A stretch of 64,000 nt of DNA, from contig CBDETK010000013.1 of NCBI GenBank assembly GCA_965242865.1, positions 5,376,001-5,440,000 of the forward strand. The letters run 5' to 3'. The DNA comes from Candidatus Latescibacterota bacterium (GTDB lineage: Bacteria; Latescibacterota; UBA2968; UBA8231). Within the stretch, counting starts at the first letter, position 1. Each line of letters starts with the position of its first letter. A model generated the notes under the pieces. That model saw only the letters and a list, made by a program, of their open reading frames with translations. It searched no databases and was not told the DNA's origin. The translations under genes were made by a program, and so were the position numbers. This document shows, piece after piece, positions 1 through 8,864 of this stretch.

Positions 1-318
1 CTGATGGGCGCGGGTGCTGCGTTGTTCACGGCACTGGGGACCGGGGCAGTCTGCTCCCTCTTGGGCGACTGGGTGTTGAATCGATTGAGCGACTCAAGGG
101 CCGACAGCTCGCTGGAGGGCGACGACTTAATCGGCCTCGAAGCCCAAGTCACGGTCCCCATCGCCTTGGGCGGCACCGGCAAAATTTCCGCGGTCGTCCA
201 AGGCCGCACCATCGAGCTGTTGGCGCGCCGAGCCGAGGACCAAGGCCCCCTCAACCCGGGCGACCGGGTCTTGGTCCTCGAAATCGACGATGGAGTCGCG
301 GTCGTCGATCCGAGCTAG
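1..318 (+). CDS. NfeD-like C-terminal (OB-fold) membrane protein, probably 5'-truncated by the window edge
   Basis: Hydrophobic segment, then 'LIGLEAQVTVPI..GTGKI..VQGRTIEL.AR...GDRVLVLEIDDGVAVV', typical of NfeD/YqiJ; the frame is open from base 1. Confidence 0.7.
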   Translation: MMGAGAALFTALGTGAVCSLLGDWVLNRLSDSRADSSLEGDDLIGLEAQVTVPIALGGTGKISAVVQGRTIELLARRAEDQGPLNPGDRVLVLEIDDGVAVVDPS

Positions 319-325
319 TGCTGCG

Positions 326-1663
326 CTACCTCCCAAAGCGGCAGACGATTTCGTAGAGCACCTGCGTTGCAAAGAGCAACTCCTCCACGGAGGTGCGCTC
401 GTCGTGGCCGTGGATCAATTCCATCTCCTCCTCGCCCGGCTGCTGCCGATAGGGCATAAAGCCATAGATCTGGGTTTCGGGGCGGCGCGGTACAATGTGC
501 TTGGCGTCGGTGCCGGCGGGCATCAGGTACGGGAGCACGGGGGCGGCTGGATCGCGTTCCTGCATTGTCGCGGCGATCGCCCGGAAGAGCGCAGTATCCG
601 CGCTCGCCTCCAACGGCGGCGTGTATTGATCAACCTCAATGGCCACCTCAGTGCCGACAAATGCGCGCAGCTCGGCCGCGAAACTCTCGGCCGTCTGCCC
701 GGGCACTAACCGCCCATCGATCCAAGCGGTCGCCTCCCCGGGAATCACATTGATCTTGGAACCAGCCTGCACCAGGGTCGCCGAGGCCGTGTTGTGCAGC
801 ACCGCGCTCAACTCGCGGCGCAAGGTGTGGCCGATGGGCAGCACCCGCAGCGCGTCAGCGGCCGTCGCTTGGTCGAGCACTTGCTGCCACAGGGCCGCCT
901 CCAGGGCTGGACGGCGGCTGGCAATCCCCTCGACAAAGCGGCGCACACTCGCGGACCGGTGCATGGGGAACGCGGCTCCGGCCAAACCGGCCAGCGCGCT
1001 GGACAGCTTGACGATGGCGTTGTCGCCGTGCGGCATGGAGCCGTGCCCGGGCGTTCCACGGGCGATCAGACGCAGCCGGCACAACCCCTTTTGCCCGGTC
1101 TGGCAGGTGTAAAACCGCTGCTCGCCAACGGCGAAGTCGCTGCCGCCGCCCTCGGTGATGATGAAAGGCGCGTCCCACAGCTCGGGTCGATTGTCGATAA
1201 TCCACCCCGGCCCGTGATTCCCTTTGCCCGCTTCCTCGTCGGCTGTGGCGGCAAAGACGATGTCGCAGTTGAGCCGGACGCCTTCTCGGCGCAACAAGAG
1301 CAACACCATCAGATTCGCGGCGACCATGTTCTTCATGTCCAACGCGCCCCGCCCCCACACGCAGCCGTCGGCGAGTGCCCCGGAAAAAGGCGGGTGGGTC
1401 CAGTGCTCCGGCTCGGCAGCCACCACGTCTGTATGCCCCAACAGCATGAGCGGCGGCTCGTCGCCCCCGGCTAGCCGGGCGAGGACATTGCCCCGCCCGG
1501 GCGAGGACTCGACGAAAATCGGGGCAAAGCCCTCCCGCCGCAGCACACCTTCGAGATAGCGCGCGGCCTCGCTTTCGTTGCCCGGGGGGTTGGTGGTGTC
1601 GAGGCGGATGAGGGCCTGCAAATGCCCGGTCACCTCGGCGCGTACCGCTTCCCAGTTGATCAC
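326..1663 (-). CDS. M20/M25/M40 family metallopeptidase/amidohydrolase
   Basis: Motifs GHTDVV, GRGALDMK, DEEAG, GHGS, HGHDE. Start chosen at GTG 1663 after a GAAAGGA RBS; the ORF track extends to 1780. Confidence 0.9.
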   Translation of the reverse strand: MINWEAVRAEVTGHLQALIRLDTTNPPGNESEAARYLEGVLRREGFAPIFVESSPGRGNVLARLAGGDEPPLMLLGHTDVVAAEPEHWTHPPFSGALADGCVWGRGALDMKNMVAANLMVLLLLRREGVRLNCDIVFAATADEEAGKGNHGPGWIIDNRPELWDAPFIITEGGGSDFAVGEQRFYTCQTGQKGLCRLRLIARGTPGHGSMPHGDNAIVKLSSALAGLAGAAFPMHRSASVRRFVEGIASRRPALEAALWQQVLDQATAADALRVLPIGHTLRRELSAVLHNTASATLVQAGSKINVIPGEATAWIDGRLVPGQTAESFAAELRAFVGTEVAIEVDQYTPPLEASADTALFRAIAATMQERDPAAPVLPYLMPAGTDAKHIVPRRPETQIYGFMPYRQQPGEEEMELIHGHDERTSVEELLFATQVLYEIVCRFGR

Positions 1664-1830
1664 AATGGTTCCTTTCTCATCATGGTGCAAGAACGGCACG
1701 GACTTAGGCCAATTGTGCGCAACCCCTGCCAATTTTTCCAAGCCGCGCTGCCAGCATGGGCCATGCCCTCTTTGCGTCAAAAAAACTCAACTCTTTGTAT
1801 AACAACGAGATATAAAAAAATTTAAGCATG

Positions 1831-1847
1831 TTGGCACGGCTTTTGCA
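1831..1847 (+). promoter_or_regulatory. Sigma54 (-24/-12) promoter of hsp20
   Basis: TTGGCACGGCTTTTGCA matches YTGGCACGRNNNTTGCW exactly; 55 bp upstream of the ATG and preceded by an AT-rich tract. Confidence 0.8.
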
Positions 1848-1902
1848 ATACAATGGGCAAAGGCCATATACACCAACCACCACTCAACAAGGAGGAAACA
1901 TC

Positions 1903-2364
1903 ATGGCCATCAAGACCTTACTGCCCAGCGTGTGCGTCAGCAATCGCCCGTGGCGCAGCCCGTTCGACCACCTCTTCGACGCCTTCTTCGGCGGCGACTC
2001 GCGCCTGCCCGTTTTGCCCGGCCACGCGACGTTCACCCCGCGCATCGACGTCCGGGAGGACGCCAACTCCTACGAGATCGCGGCCGAACTGCCGGGACTG
2101 GCGGAAAAGGACCTCGAACTGTCCATCGCCGACGGAACCCTCGTGCTGCGGGGGGAAAAGGGCAGCGACCACGAGGGCAAGGAAGGCCAGTACTTCCGCC
2201 AAGAGCGCCTCTACGGCCGCTTTGAGCGCACCTTCCACCTGCCCGACGGCGTAGAGGCCGACAAGATCGAAGCCCAGTTCAAAAACGGCGTCTTGTCGAT
2301 CCACCTGCCCAAAAAGGAGGAGGCCAAAACGGTCGTCCGCCAGGTCCAAGTCAAGACCGGCTAG
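1903..2364 (+). CDS. Hsp20/alpha-crystallin small heat-shock protein
   Basis: PRIDVRE..YEIAAELPG, ERLYGRFERTFHLP, AQFKNGVLSIHLPK; AGGAGG RBS before ATG 1903. Confidence 0.95.
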   Translation: MAIKTLLPSVCVSNRPWRSPFDHLFDAFFGGDSRLPVLPGHATFTPRIDVREDANSYEIAAELPGLAEKDLELSIADGTLVLRGEKGSDHEGKEGQYFRQERLYGRFERTFHLPDGVEADKIEAQFKNGVLSIHLPKKEEAKTVVRQVQVKTG

Positions 2365-2381
2365 CCGGCCTTGAGACGCGC

Positions 2382-2428
2382 AAACGGGGAGGGGTCGCAC
2401 GGCCCTTCCCCGTTTCGTTTTATTTTTA
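2382..2428 (+). terminator. Rho-independent terminator after hsp20
   Basis: Stem AAACGGGGAGGGG/CCCTTCCCCGTTT followed by a T-rich tail. Confidence 0.8.
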
Positions 2429-2780
2429 TCCTGAGTACACTCAATAACTCTGCATGCAACAAGCTGTTGACAAAATCAGCATATCCTAAGCATATCCTAT
2501 AATAATGATGCTGTCCTCCACACTTGTAATGCGGGCCTTGTGCCTCTGTATCCGTTCGGAGCGACAACAGGATGGGTGGGTGAGGGGTGTCTTACTCCCG
2601 CACGGTGCCGCCGCCCAAACCAGGCCGCGCACCCAATGCCCACGACGCGCCCCTCACCCCGCCCTTTCAGAGTGGCCAATCGGAAACCCGACCGCAACAG
2701 ACAAATGACGGCACGAGTCGTCATGCAAGACTAGGCCAAAAGCGACACGAGTTTTAAGACCGCTTCTGAGGATTGCCTTA

Positions 2781-3704
2781 GAAGCCTTTTTAAAATTCTT
2801 TTTTTTTGTTTTTTCGCTTGAGCAACAGATGGATCATAACGATATGTATAAAGGCTTGGCTATTGTCGGTTACGATCTCATAGTCTTTGGCGTGGATACG
2901 ATAGTTGCCCAACCAAGCAAAGGTTCGTTCTACGACCCACCGGCGTTTGAGTAGAGTAAAGCCGGGTCGTGGTTTTTCGCTGCCCTCCAATCGGATTTTA
3001 TAGGTTTGTTTTAATCCGGCGCCCCATGCGTTGAGGGCTTCGCCTCGATAGCCGGCATCGACCCACACGCTTCTCAGCCGTTGGACGCCGGCGGCGAAAT
3101 AGTCCCTCAACAGGGCCTTTAAGCCATCGGCGTCGGAGATGTGGGCGGCGGTGACCTTGCCTTGCAGGATCGAGCCTTGGCTATTGACGAACAGGTGGCG
3201 TTTGCGTCCTTTGACCCGTTTACCGGCGTCATACCCTATGTCGGTGCCTTGCGTAGCGGTTTTCACGCTCTGGGCGTCGATGCCGCCGGCCGAAGGAGTG
3301 GGCGGCCGGCCTTGTCGGGTGCGCTGTTGGCGGGTCAAGGCGTCCAATATCCGCTGCCAGGGTCCGGCTCGTCGCCAGCGGTTGAAGTATCCATACACTG
3401 TTTGCCAAGGGCCAAACGTCGGCGGTAGCATCGGCCCCGGGCAGCCGGTTTTAGCTCGATAGAGAATCCCATTGAGCACCAAACGTAGAGTACGGGGAGG
3501 ACGACCCGGACCCCCCCGACGCCAACGACGAGAGGGTACGAGGGGAGACCGCCGCTGCCATGGCGCGTCTGTTAGGTCGGTCGGATATTGATAGGGCGTG
3601 CTCATCGGAGACCTTTCGTTCAGGGGTCTTAGGCGAAACCTGAAGGGGTGCGGTGAATACGCCAACGTCAAATCCAAGCAAAAAAGGAGTTTTAAAAAGG
3701 CTTC
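2781..3704 (-). mobile_element. IS5 family insertion sequence (IS1031-like), 924 bp
   Basis: Terminal inverted repeats GAAGCCTTTTTAAAATTC (2781-2798) and GAGTTTTAAAAAGGCTTC (3687-3704); TNA flanks (TTA/TGA); single transposase gene. Confidence 0.85.
2790..3605 (-). CDS. IS5 family DDE transposase (some conserved residues degenerate)
   Basis: YPTDLTD, GRP, TVYGYFNRW, IDAQSVKT, GKRVKGRKRH, VDAGY, RRWVVERTFAWL; stop codon lies inside the TIR. Confidence 0.9.
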   Translation of the reverse strand: MSTPYQYPTDLTDAPWQRRSPLVPSRRWRRGGPGRPPRTLRLVLNGILYRAKTGCPGPMLPPTFGPWQTVYGYFNRWRRAGPWQRILDALTRQQRTRQGRPPTPSAGGIDAQSVKTATQGTDIGYDAGKRVKGRKRHLFVNSQGSILQGKVTAAHISDADGLKALLRDYFAAGVQRLRSVWVDAGYRGEALNAWGAGLKQTYKIRLEGSEKPRPGFTLLKRRWVVERTFAWLGNYRIHAKDYEIVTDNSQAFIHIVMIHLLLKRKNKKKEF

Positions 3705-3782
3705 TGAACAGATCGGCAAGACGACGGATTTTGAACTTGTGACGTGGCTGGTGATTAAATAGCAATCCCATATCATTCAGGA

Positions 3783-3807
3783 CTGGATTCCCGCGTTCGC
3801 GGGAGTG
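3783..3807. repeat. REP-like palindrome (CTGGATTCCCGC..GCGGGA family)
   Basis: CTGGATTCCCGCGTTCGCGGGAGTG; near-identical copy at 62108-62134. Confidence 0.7.
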
Positions 3808-4005
3808 CAGCAGGGTCTGCCATGCCCGGAGAAACACACCTTGTTTCACCCATTGACGGAACCGACCATGCACCGTTGAGCCGGGAGGATAGGCTGGCCG
3901 CGTGGCCGCGGAAGGGCCTGCCACGGCCAGCCGCTGCACAACACAAAGATCAAGGCGTCAAAGATAACGCGGTTGGGGGTGGCTGGACGTCCGACCGTGC
4001 CGGGT
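3808..4005 (-). pseudogene. N-terminal fragment of a second IS5 transposase, frameshifted and truncated
   Basis: Reads GRPATPNRVIFDALIFVLCSGWPWQALPR / AYPPGSTVHGRFRQWVKQGVF; the frameshift sits at the 8-bp tandem duplication TGGCCGCG (3895-3910). Confidence 0.8.
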
Positions 4006-4067
4006 GGAGAGAGGCCGTCAAAAAGAGGGATTGGACAGGCAATAGCATAAAACAGGTTTAGGTCTGC

Positions 4068-4274
4068 TTACTTGAGCAAGTTGAGCATTTTTGCCTGTGC
4101 AGATTCTGCAATTGAATCCCGAATAAAGTCACTCGCCCTGAGAATTTCAATGCCAATGAGCTCGCCCTTGTCATTGTATTCTACTGTTATATTGGGACTA
4201 AGTTCAATGCTGCCGTTTTCCGGGTCGTCCGATATCTCCAAGTATAGGATGTCCTCTTGCTCAAAATATTTCAT
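4068..4274 (-). CDS. DUF2283 family small protein (putative antitoxin)
   Basis: Y..EDILYLEI...S.ELSPNITVEYNDKGELIGIEIL.AS pattern; AT-rich relative to the flanks. Confidence 0.85.
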   Translation of the reverse strand: MKYFEQEDILYLEISDDPENGSIELSPNITVEYNDKGELIGIEILRASDFIRDSIAESAQAKMLNLLK

Positions 4275-4333
4275 CGGTCAAATCCGCATAAAGAGGCTTT
4301 GTACTTCAGATAGTCCGTCCAAGCAACTCTCAT
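4271..4333 (-). pseudogene. 20-codon remnant of the DUF2283 partner (putative toxin)
   Basis: MRVAWTDYLKYKASLCGFDR*; ATGA overlaps with both the fdh stop and the DUF2283 start; family recalled from memory, not searched. Confidence 0.55.
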
Positions 4334-7050
4334 TGGCTCTCAACCAGTGCCTTGATGCGCACCGGGCAGACCTTGAGCTCGGCGGTGTGGGTGACCGGGT
4401 CGTACCCGGAGCCGGTGAGGATGTTGATCGGCACGTCGTTGAAACTGAAGCTGGCAAAGACCGTGCCGCGCGGCGAGCGGGTGGTGGCCTTGAGGCGGAT
4501 TTCGATGGCGCCGCGGGTGCTGGACAGGCGACACAAGCCCCCGTCTTGCAACCCCCAAGCGGCGATGTCCTCGGGGTGGACTTCGAGGCGCTCTTCGGCG
4601 AGCAGGTAGTCGATCCCTTGGGCGCGGCCGGTCTGGGTGCGGGTGTGGTACGCTTGGAGCCGGCGGCCGGTCGTCAGCCAAACCGGGAACTCGGGCGAAA
4701 GGGTCTCGGCCGGGTCGCGGTAGCGGATGATCTTGAACAGGCCGCGCCCGTTTTTGAAGGCCCCCTCGTGCAAAATCGGCGTCCCCGGATGCCCTTTTTC
4801 AGGCACGGGCCATTGGTACTGGCCCGCGTCAATTCGGTCCCAATCGAGGCCGGCGTAAATGGGCGACAGCCCGCACAGCTCGTTGAACACGTCCTCGGCC
4901 GAGGTGTAGTCGAAGCCGCTAAAGCCGAGCCGCTGGGCGAGTTGGCTTATGATCCACCAGTCGGGCTTGGCCTCGCCGGGTGGGGGCACGGCTTGGCGCA
5001 GGCGCTGGACCCGGCGCTCGGTGTTGACGCAGACCCCATCGGTCTCGGCAAAGGCACTGGCCGGGAAGACTACGTCGGCCAGCGCGGCCGTCTCGGTGAG
5101 GAAGATGTCGATGACCACGAGGTGCGCTAGGCTCTTGAGGGCGCGCTCGCAGTGGTGGCGGTCTGGGTCGGAGACGACCGTGTTTTCGCCATCGATAATC
5201 ATGGCAAAAATTTCGCTGCCGCAGCGGTTGAGCGCTTGGACTTTGGTGATGCCTTTGGCCAAGTCCAAGTCCCGCCCGTAGAGCGCGGTGAATTTTTCCC
5301 TGTTTTCTGGCTGGTCAACCGGCTGGAAGCCGGGGTAATTGGATGGAATGGCTCCGGAATCGCCGGCGCCTTGGATGTTGTTCTGCCCGCGCATGGGGTT
5401 GATGCCGGTGCCCTCGCGGCCGACGTTGCCGGTCAGCAGGGCGAGATTGCACAAGCTCTGGACGTTGTCGACGCCGCAGATGTGCTCGGTGATGCCGAGG
5501 GTGTAGTAGATGGCCCCGCGGTCGGCGGCCCCGTACCAACGAGCGGCCCGTTCAATGTCGGCCGCGGGCACCTCGGTGATGGCCGAAGCCCATTCGGGCG
5601 TGAACTCGGCGACGTGCGCTAGGAAGTGCTCAAAGTCGGCCGTGCGCGCTTCGATAAAGGCGCGGTCGAGCAGGTCGTCGCGGACGATCACGTGAGCCAT
5701 GGCCAACAGCAAGGCCACGTCCGAGCCGACGCGGATGGGCAAGTAGAGATCGGCCAGGTGCGCGAGCTCGATTTTGCGCGGGTCGGCGACGATCATCTTG
5801 GCCCCGCGCTTGAGGGCCTTTTTGAGCCGGGTGGCCGCGACCGGGTGGCACTCGGTCATGTTGGTGCCGATGCAAAAGATCAAGTCGGGTTTTTCCATGT
5901 CGGCGAGGGGGTTCGACATGGCGCCGCGTCCAATTGAGGCTGCCAGACCGGCAACCGTGGGCGCGTGTCAGGCACGGCTGCAGTTGTCTATGTAGTGGGT
6001 GCCGTAGCCCCGGCGAATGAACTTTTGCAGGCAGTAGTTGGCCTCCGAAGGGGTGCGGCCGGAGGCGACGCCGTAGATGGCGTAGCGACCGTGCTCGGCG
6101 AGCACTTGGGCAAAGCCTTGGGCGGCGCGGTCGAGCGCGGTGTCCCAGTCGGTGGGGTGGAGTTGGCCGTCCGCGCCGCGAATGAGGGGCTGGGTGAGCC
6201 GGTCGCGGTGCTGGACAAAGTCAAAGGCAAACTGGCCCTTGACGCACAGCGCGCCCTCGTTGGCCGGGCCGTCCATGGCCGGTTGGATGCCGACGAGGGT
6301 ATCCCCTTTGGACAGCAGATCCACCGAGCAGCCCACGCCGCAGTACGGACAGACCGAGCGGGTCTTTGCCAACTCGTCGGGCAGGTCGGCCGCGCGCAGG
6401 GCCTTTTTGTCGGCGAGGGCGCCGGTGGGGCAGGTCTGGACGCATTGGCCGCAGAAGGTGCAGGACGAATCCTTGAGTAGGCCATTAAACTCCGTGGTGA
6501 TCTGCTTGTGGAAGCCGCGTCCCATGGCGGCAATGGCGTGGTCGCCTTCCTGCTCGGCGCAGACGCGGACGCAGCGGTTGCACGAGATGCACAAGTCGTA
6601 GTCGCGCAAGATGAAGGGGTTGTCGTCGGTGGGATGCGACTGGCCCGATTGGCCGCCTTGGAAGCGGCCGGAGCCGGCCTGATAGCGATCGACGAGGGCG
6701 GTTAGCTCTTGGGAAGCGTACCCGCGCAGGGGGTCCACCGCCACTTCGCGGTTTTCCGAGACGACCATTTCGAGCAAGGTCTTGCGGTGCTTTTCGAGGG
6801 CCGGGGTCGCCGTTTTGACGACCATGCCGGGCGCGGCTTGCGCCGTACAGGAGGCGACCGGATTGCGCGCTCCTTCGATTTCGACCACGCACAGCCGACA
6901 GGCGCCAAAAGGTTCTAGGCGCGGGTCGTAGCAGAGGGTGGGGATGTCGCGGCGCTGGCGTTGGGCGACTTCGTAGAGGGTTTCGCCCGCGGCAAAGGCG
7001 ACTTCTTGGCCGTCTAAGGTCAGGGTGGGTTGTGGCTCATTGGCAGGCAC
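4330..7050 (-). CDS. fdhF: Formate dehydrogenase alpha subunit, selenocysteine-containing (UGA at 5968-5970); joins ORFs 5968..7272 and 4330..5919
   Basis: N-terminal 2Fe-2S/4Fe-4S motifs (GACRLC, CISCNRC, CTFCGQC, CPYCGVGC); the sequence reads DNCSRA-UGA-HAPTVAGL...GAMSN in frame; molybdopterin motifs downstream. Confidence 0.93.
5938..5956 (-). promoter_or_regulatory. Bacterial SECIS hairpin of fdhF
   Basis: GGUUGCC-GGUCU-GGCAGCC starts 11 nt 3' of the UGA and resembles the E. coli fdhF SECIS. Confidence 0.88.
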
Positions 7051-7064
7051 GGTACGGCTCTCGT

Positions 7065-8759
7065 TCAGGCGCGGACGCGCACTTGGTCGGGAAAGTACTG
7101 GAGGAGGCTGTCGGTGATAAAGGGGGCGGCCATGCCGAGGCCGCAGGCACTGGTGGCCTTCATGACTGCGCCGATGTCGGTTACTTCGGCTCGCCAAGCG
7201 GCTAGGTCGGTCGGTCCTTGGCCGGCGAGCCGCTCGGCGAGCCGCTGGGTGCCGATGCGGCAGGGGAAGCACTTGCCGCAGGACTCTTCGGCAAAAAAGG
7301 CCATGGCGCGGCGGGCGATATCGACGATGTCGCGGCGGTCGTCAAAGGCCATGATGCCGCCAGCCCCGAGCATGGAGCCGCGGGCGCGAATCGACGGCTC
7401 GTCGAGGGTGACGTCGAGGGCTGGACCGGCGAGAAACCCACCGGAAAGGCCGGCCATGGTCACGGCCTGAATCCGGCGGCTCGGCCCCGGCCCGCCGGCC
7501 CATTCGTGGAGCAAGGTGTTGAGGGGCAGGCCAAAAGGGACTTCGTAGTTGCCCGGCCGCTGCACATCGCCCGACAGGCTGATGACCTTGGTGCCCGGGC
7601 GACCGTCGAGGCCCAGCGAGCGATACCACGCGGGCCCGCGCCGCACGATTTGGGGCACTGAGGCCAAGGTTTCGACGTTGTTGACGGCCGTGGGCAGGTT
7701 TTCAAAGCCGTGCGTCACTGGGAAGGGCGGGCGATTGCGCGGATAGGGGTGTTTGCCTTCGAGGCTGTTGAGCAAAGAGCCTTCCTCGCCGCAGATGTAC
7801 GCGCCCGCGCCGCGGCGGAGGTGGATTGCACAGGAGAAGTCGCTGCCGAGGATGTGCTGGCCGATGAGGTTGGCGGCGCGAGCCTCGGCCAGGGCTTGGG
7901 CGAGGAGGGCGCGGATTTCCGGGTATTCGTAGCGCAAATAGATAAAGGCGCGAGTCGCGCCGGTGGCATACGCAGCGAGGAGCATGCCTTCGATGACCGC
8001 TTGGGGGTCCCATTCGAGGAGGGCGCGGTCCTTAAAGCAGCCCGGCTCGCCTTCGTCGGCGTTGCAGACGACGGTTTTGGGCGCGCCCGGGGCCTCGGCG
8101 ACGGCCTGCCACTTCTGGCCGGTGGGAAAGCCCGCGCCGCCGCGGCCGGCGAGCTGGCTGTCGGCAATGAGGGCCACCAGCTCGGCGGGTTCTCTGGCGA
8201 GGGCTTGCTGGAGGGCTTGATATCCGCCGCTTTGGCGATAGCCGGACAAGGTGGCGCGGCCGGGGATGCGGATGTCGGCAAAGACGCATTCCTCGTACCC
8301 CCCGGGATTGGGTGCCGGCCGGGGCGAGGGGCCGGGGGCGAGGGCTGCTGCGTCGGCTCCGACCAGCACTTGCTGGCCTTTGATGACCGGGATGGGGTCG
8401 TCGCAGCGACCAGCGCACGGCATGGGGGTGGCATCGGCGAGGTCGGTACAGAGGGCGTCGGCCCCGCGCAGGGCGCATATCGGGCCGGTGCAGACGCGCG
8501 GAGCACTCTGTCCGGGCGTTTGGCGGGCGAAGTGGTGGTAGAAGGTGACAGTGGCAAAAAGCTCGGCCAGCGGGATTTTCAGGCCCGTTGCTACGGCCTT
8601 GAGCGCTCCTTCCGACAAATAGCCATCGCGGTCGTGGAAAGCGTGCAGGAGCGGCAAGAGGGGAGCGGTTTCGCGCTGCCAGCGGGCGACGAGCGCGGCG
8701 TCGGTAGGTGAGGCCAAGCTAGGAATCTTTGTGTAGGTGGTCGCTAAAAGGCGACCCAT
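7065..8759 (-). CDS. NuoE-NuoF fusion: NAD(H)-binding diaphorase subunit of the FDH (start uncertain)
   Basis: ATVTFYHHF, VCTGPIC, CAGRC (NuoE-like); GRGGAGF, CNADEGEPG, GAGAYICGEE, ESCGKCFPCRIG (NuoF). Confidence 0.9.
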   Translation of the reverse strand: MGRLLATTYTKIPSLASPTDAALVARWQRETAPLLPLLHAFHDRDGYLSEGALKAVATGLKIPLAELFATVTFYHHFARQTPGQSAPRVCTGPICALRGADALCTDLADATPMPCAGRCDDPIPVIKGQQVLVGADAAALAPGPSPRPAPNPGGYEECVFADIRIPGRATLSGYRQSGGYQALQQALAREPAELVALIADSQLAGRGGAGFPTGQKWQAVAEAPGAPKTVVCNADEGEPGCFKDRALLEWDPQAVIEGMLLAAYATGATRAFIYLRYEYPEIRALLAQALAEARAANLIGQHILGSDFSCAIHLRRGAGAYICGEEGSLLNSLEGKHPYPRNRPPFPVTHGFENLPTAVNNVETLASVPQIVRRGPAWYRSLGLDGRPGTKVISLSGDVQRPGNYEVPFGLPLNTLLHEWAGGPGPSRRIQAVTMAGLSGGFLAGPALDVTLDEPSIRARGSMLGAGGIMAFDDRRDIVDIARRAMAFFAEESCGKCFPCRIGTQRLAERLAGQGPTDLAAWRAEVTDIGAVMKATSACGLGMAAPFITDSLLQYFPDQVRVRA

Positions 8760-8864
8760 GGTGCTAGAAGGTTGATCGAGGTCTGGGGCGTTGCCATGAC
8801 CATTGGTCGAATATTGGTCGAATAATTTAGTAGTTGCGCCCACTAGGGGCAACTGAGCACGCGC

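Noticed and set aside
5968-5970. FDH as a nonsense pseudogene or two genes
   Set aside because: The UGA is at the catalytic Cys/Sec position and has a canonical SECIS
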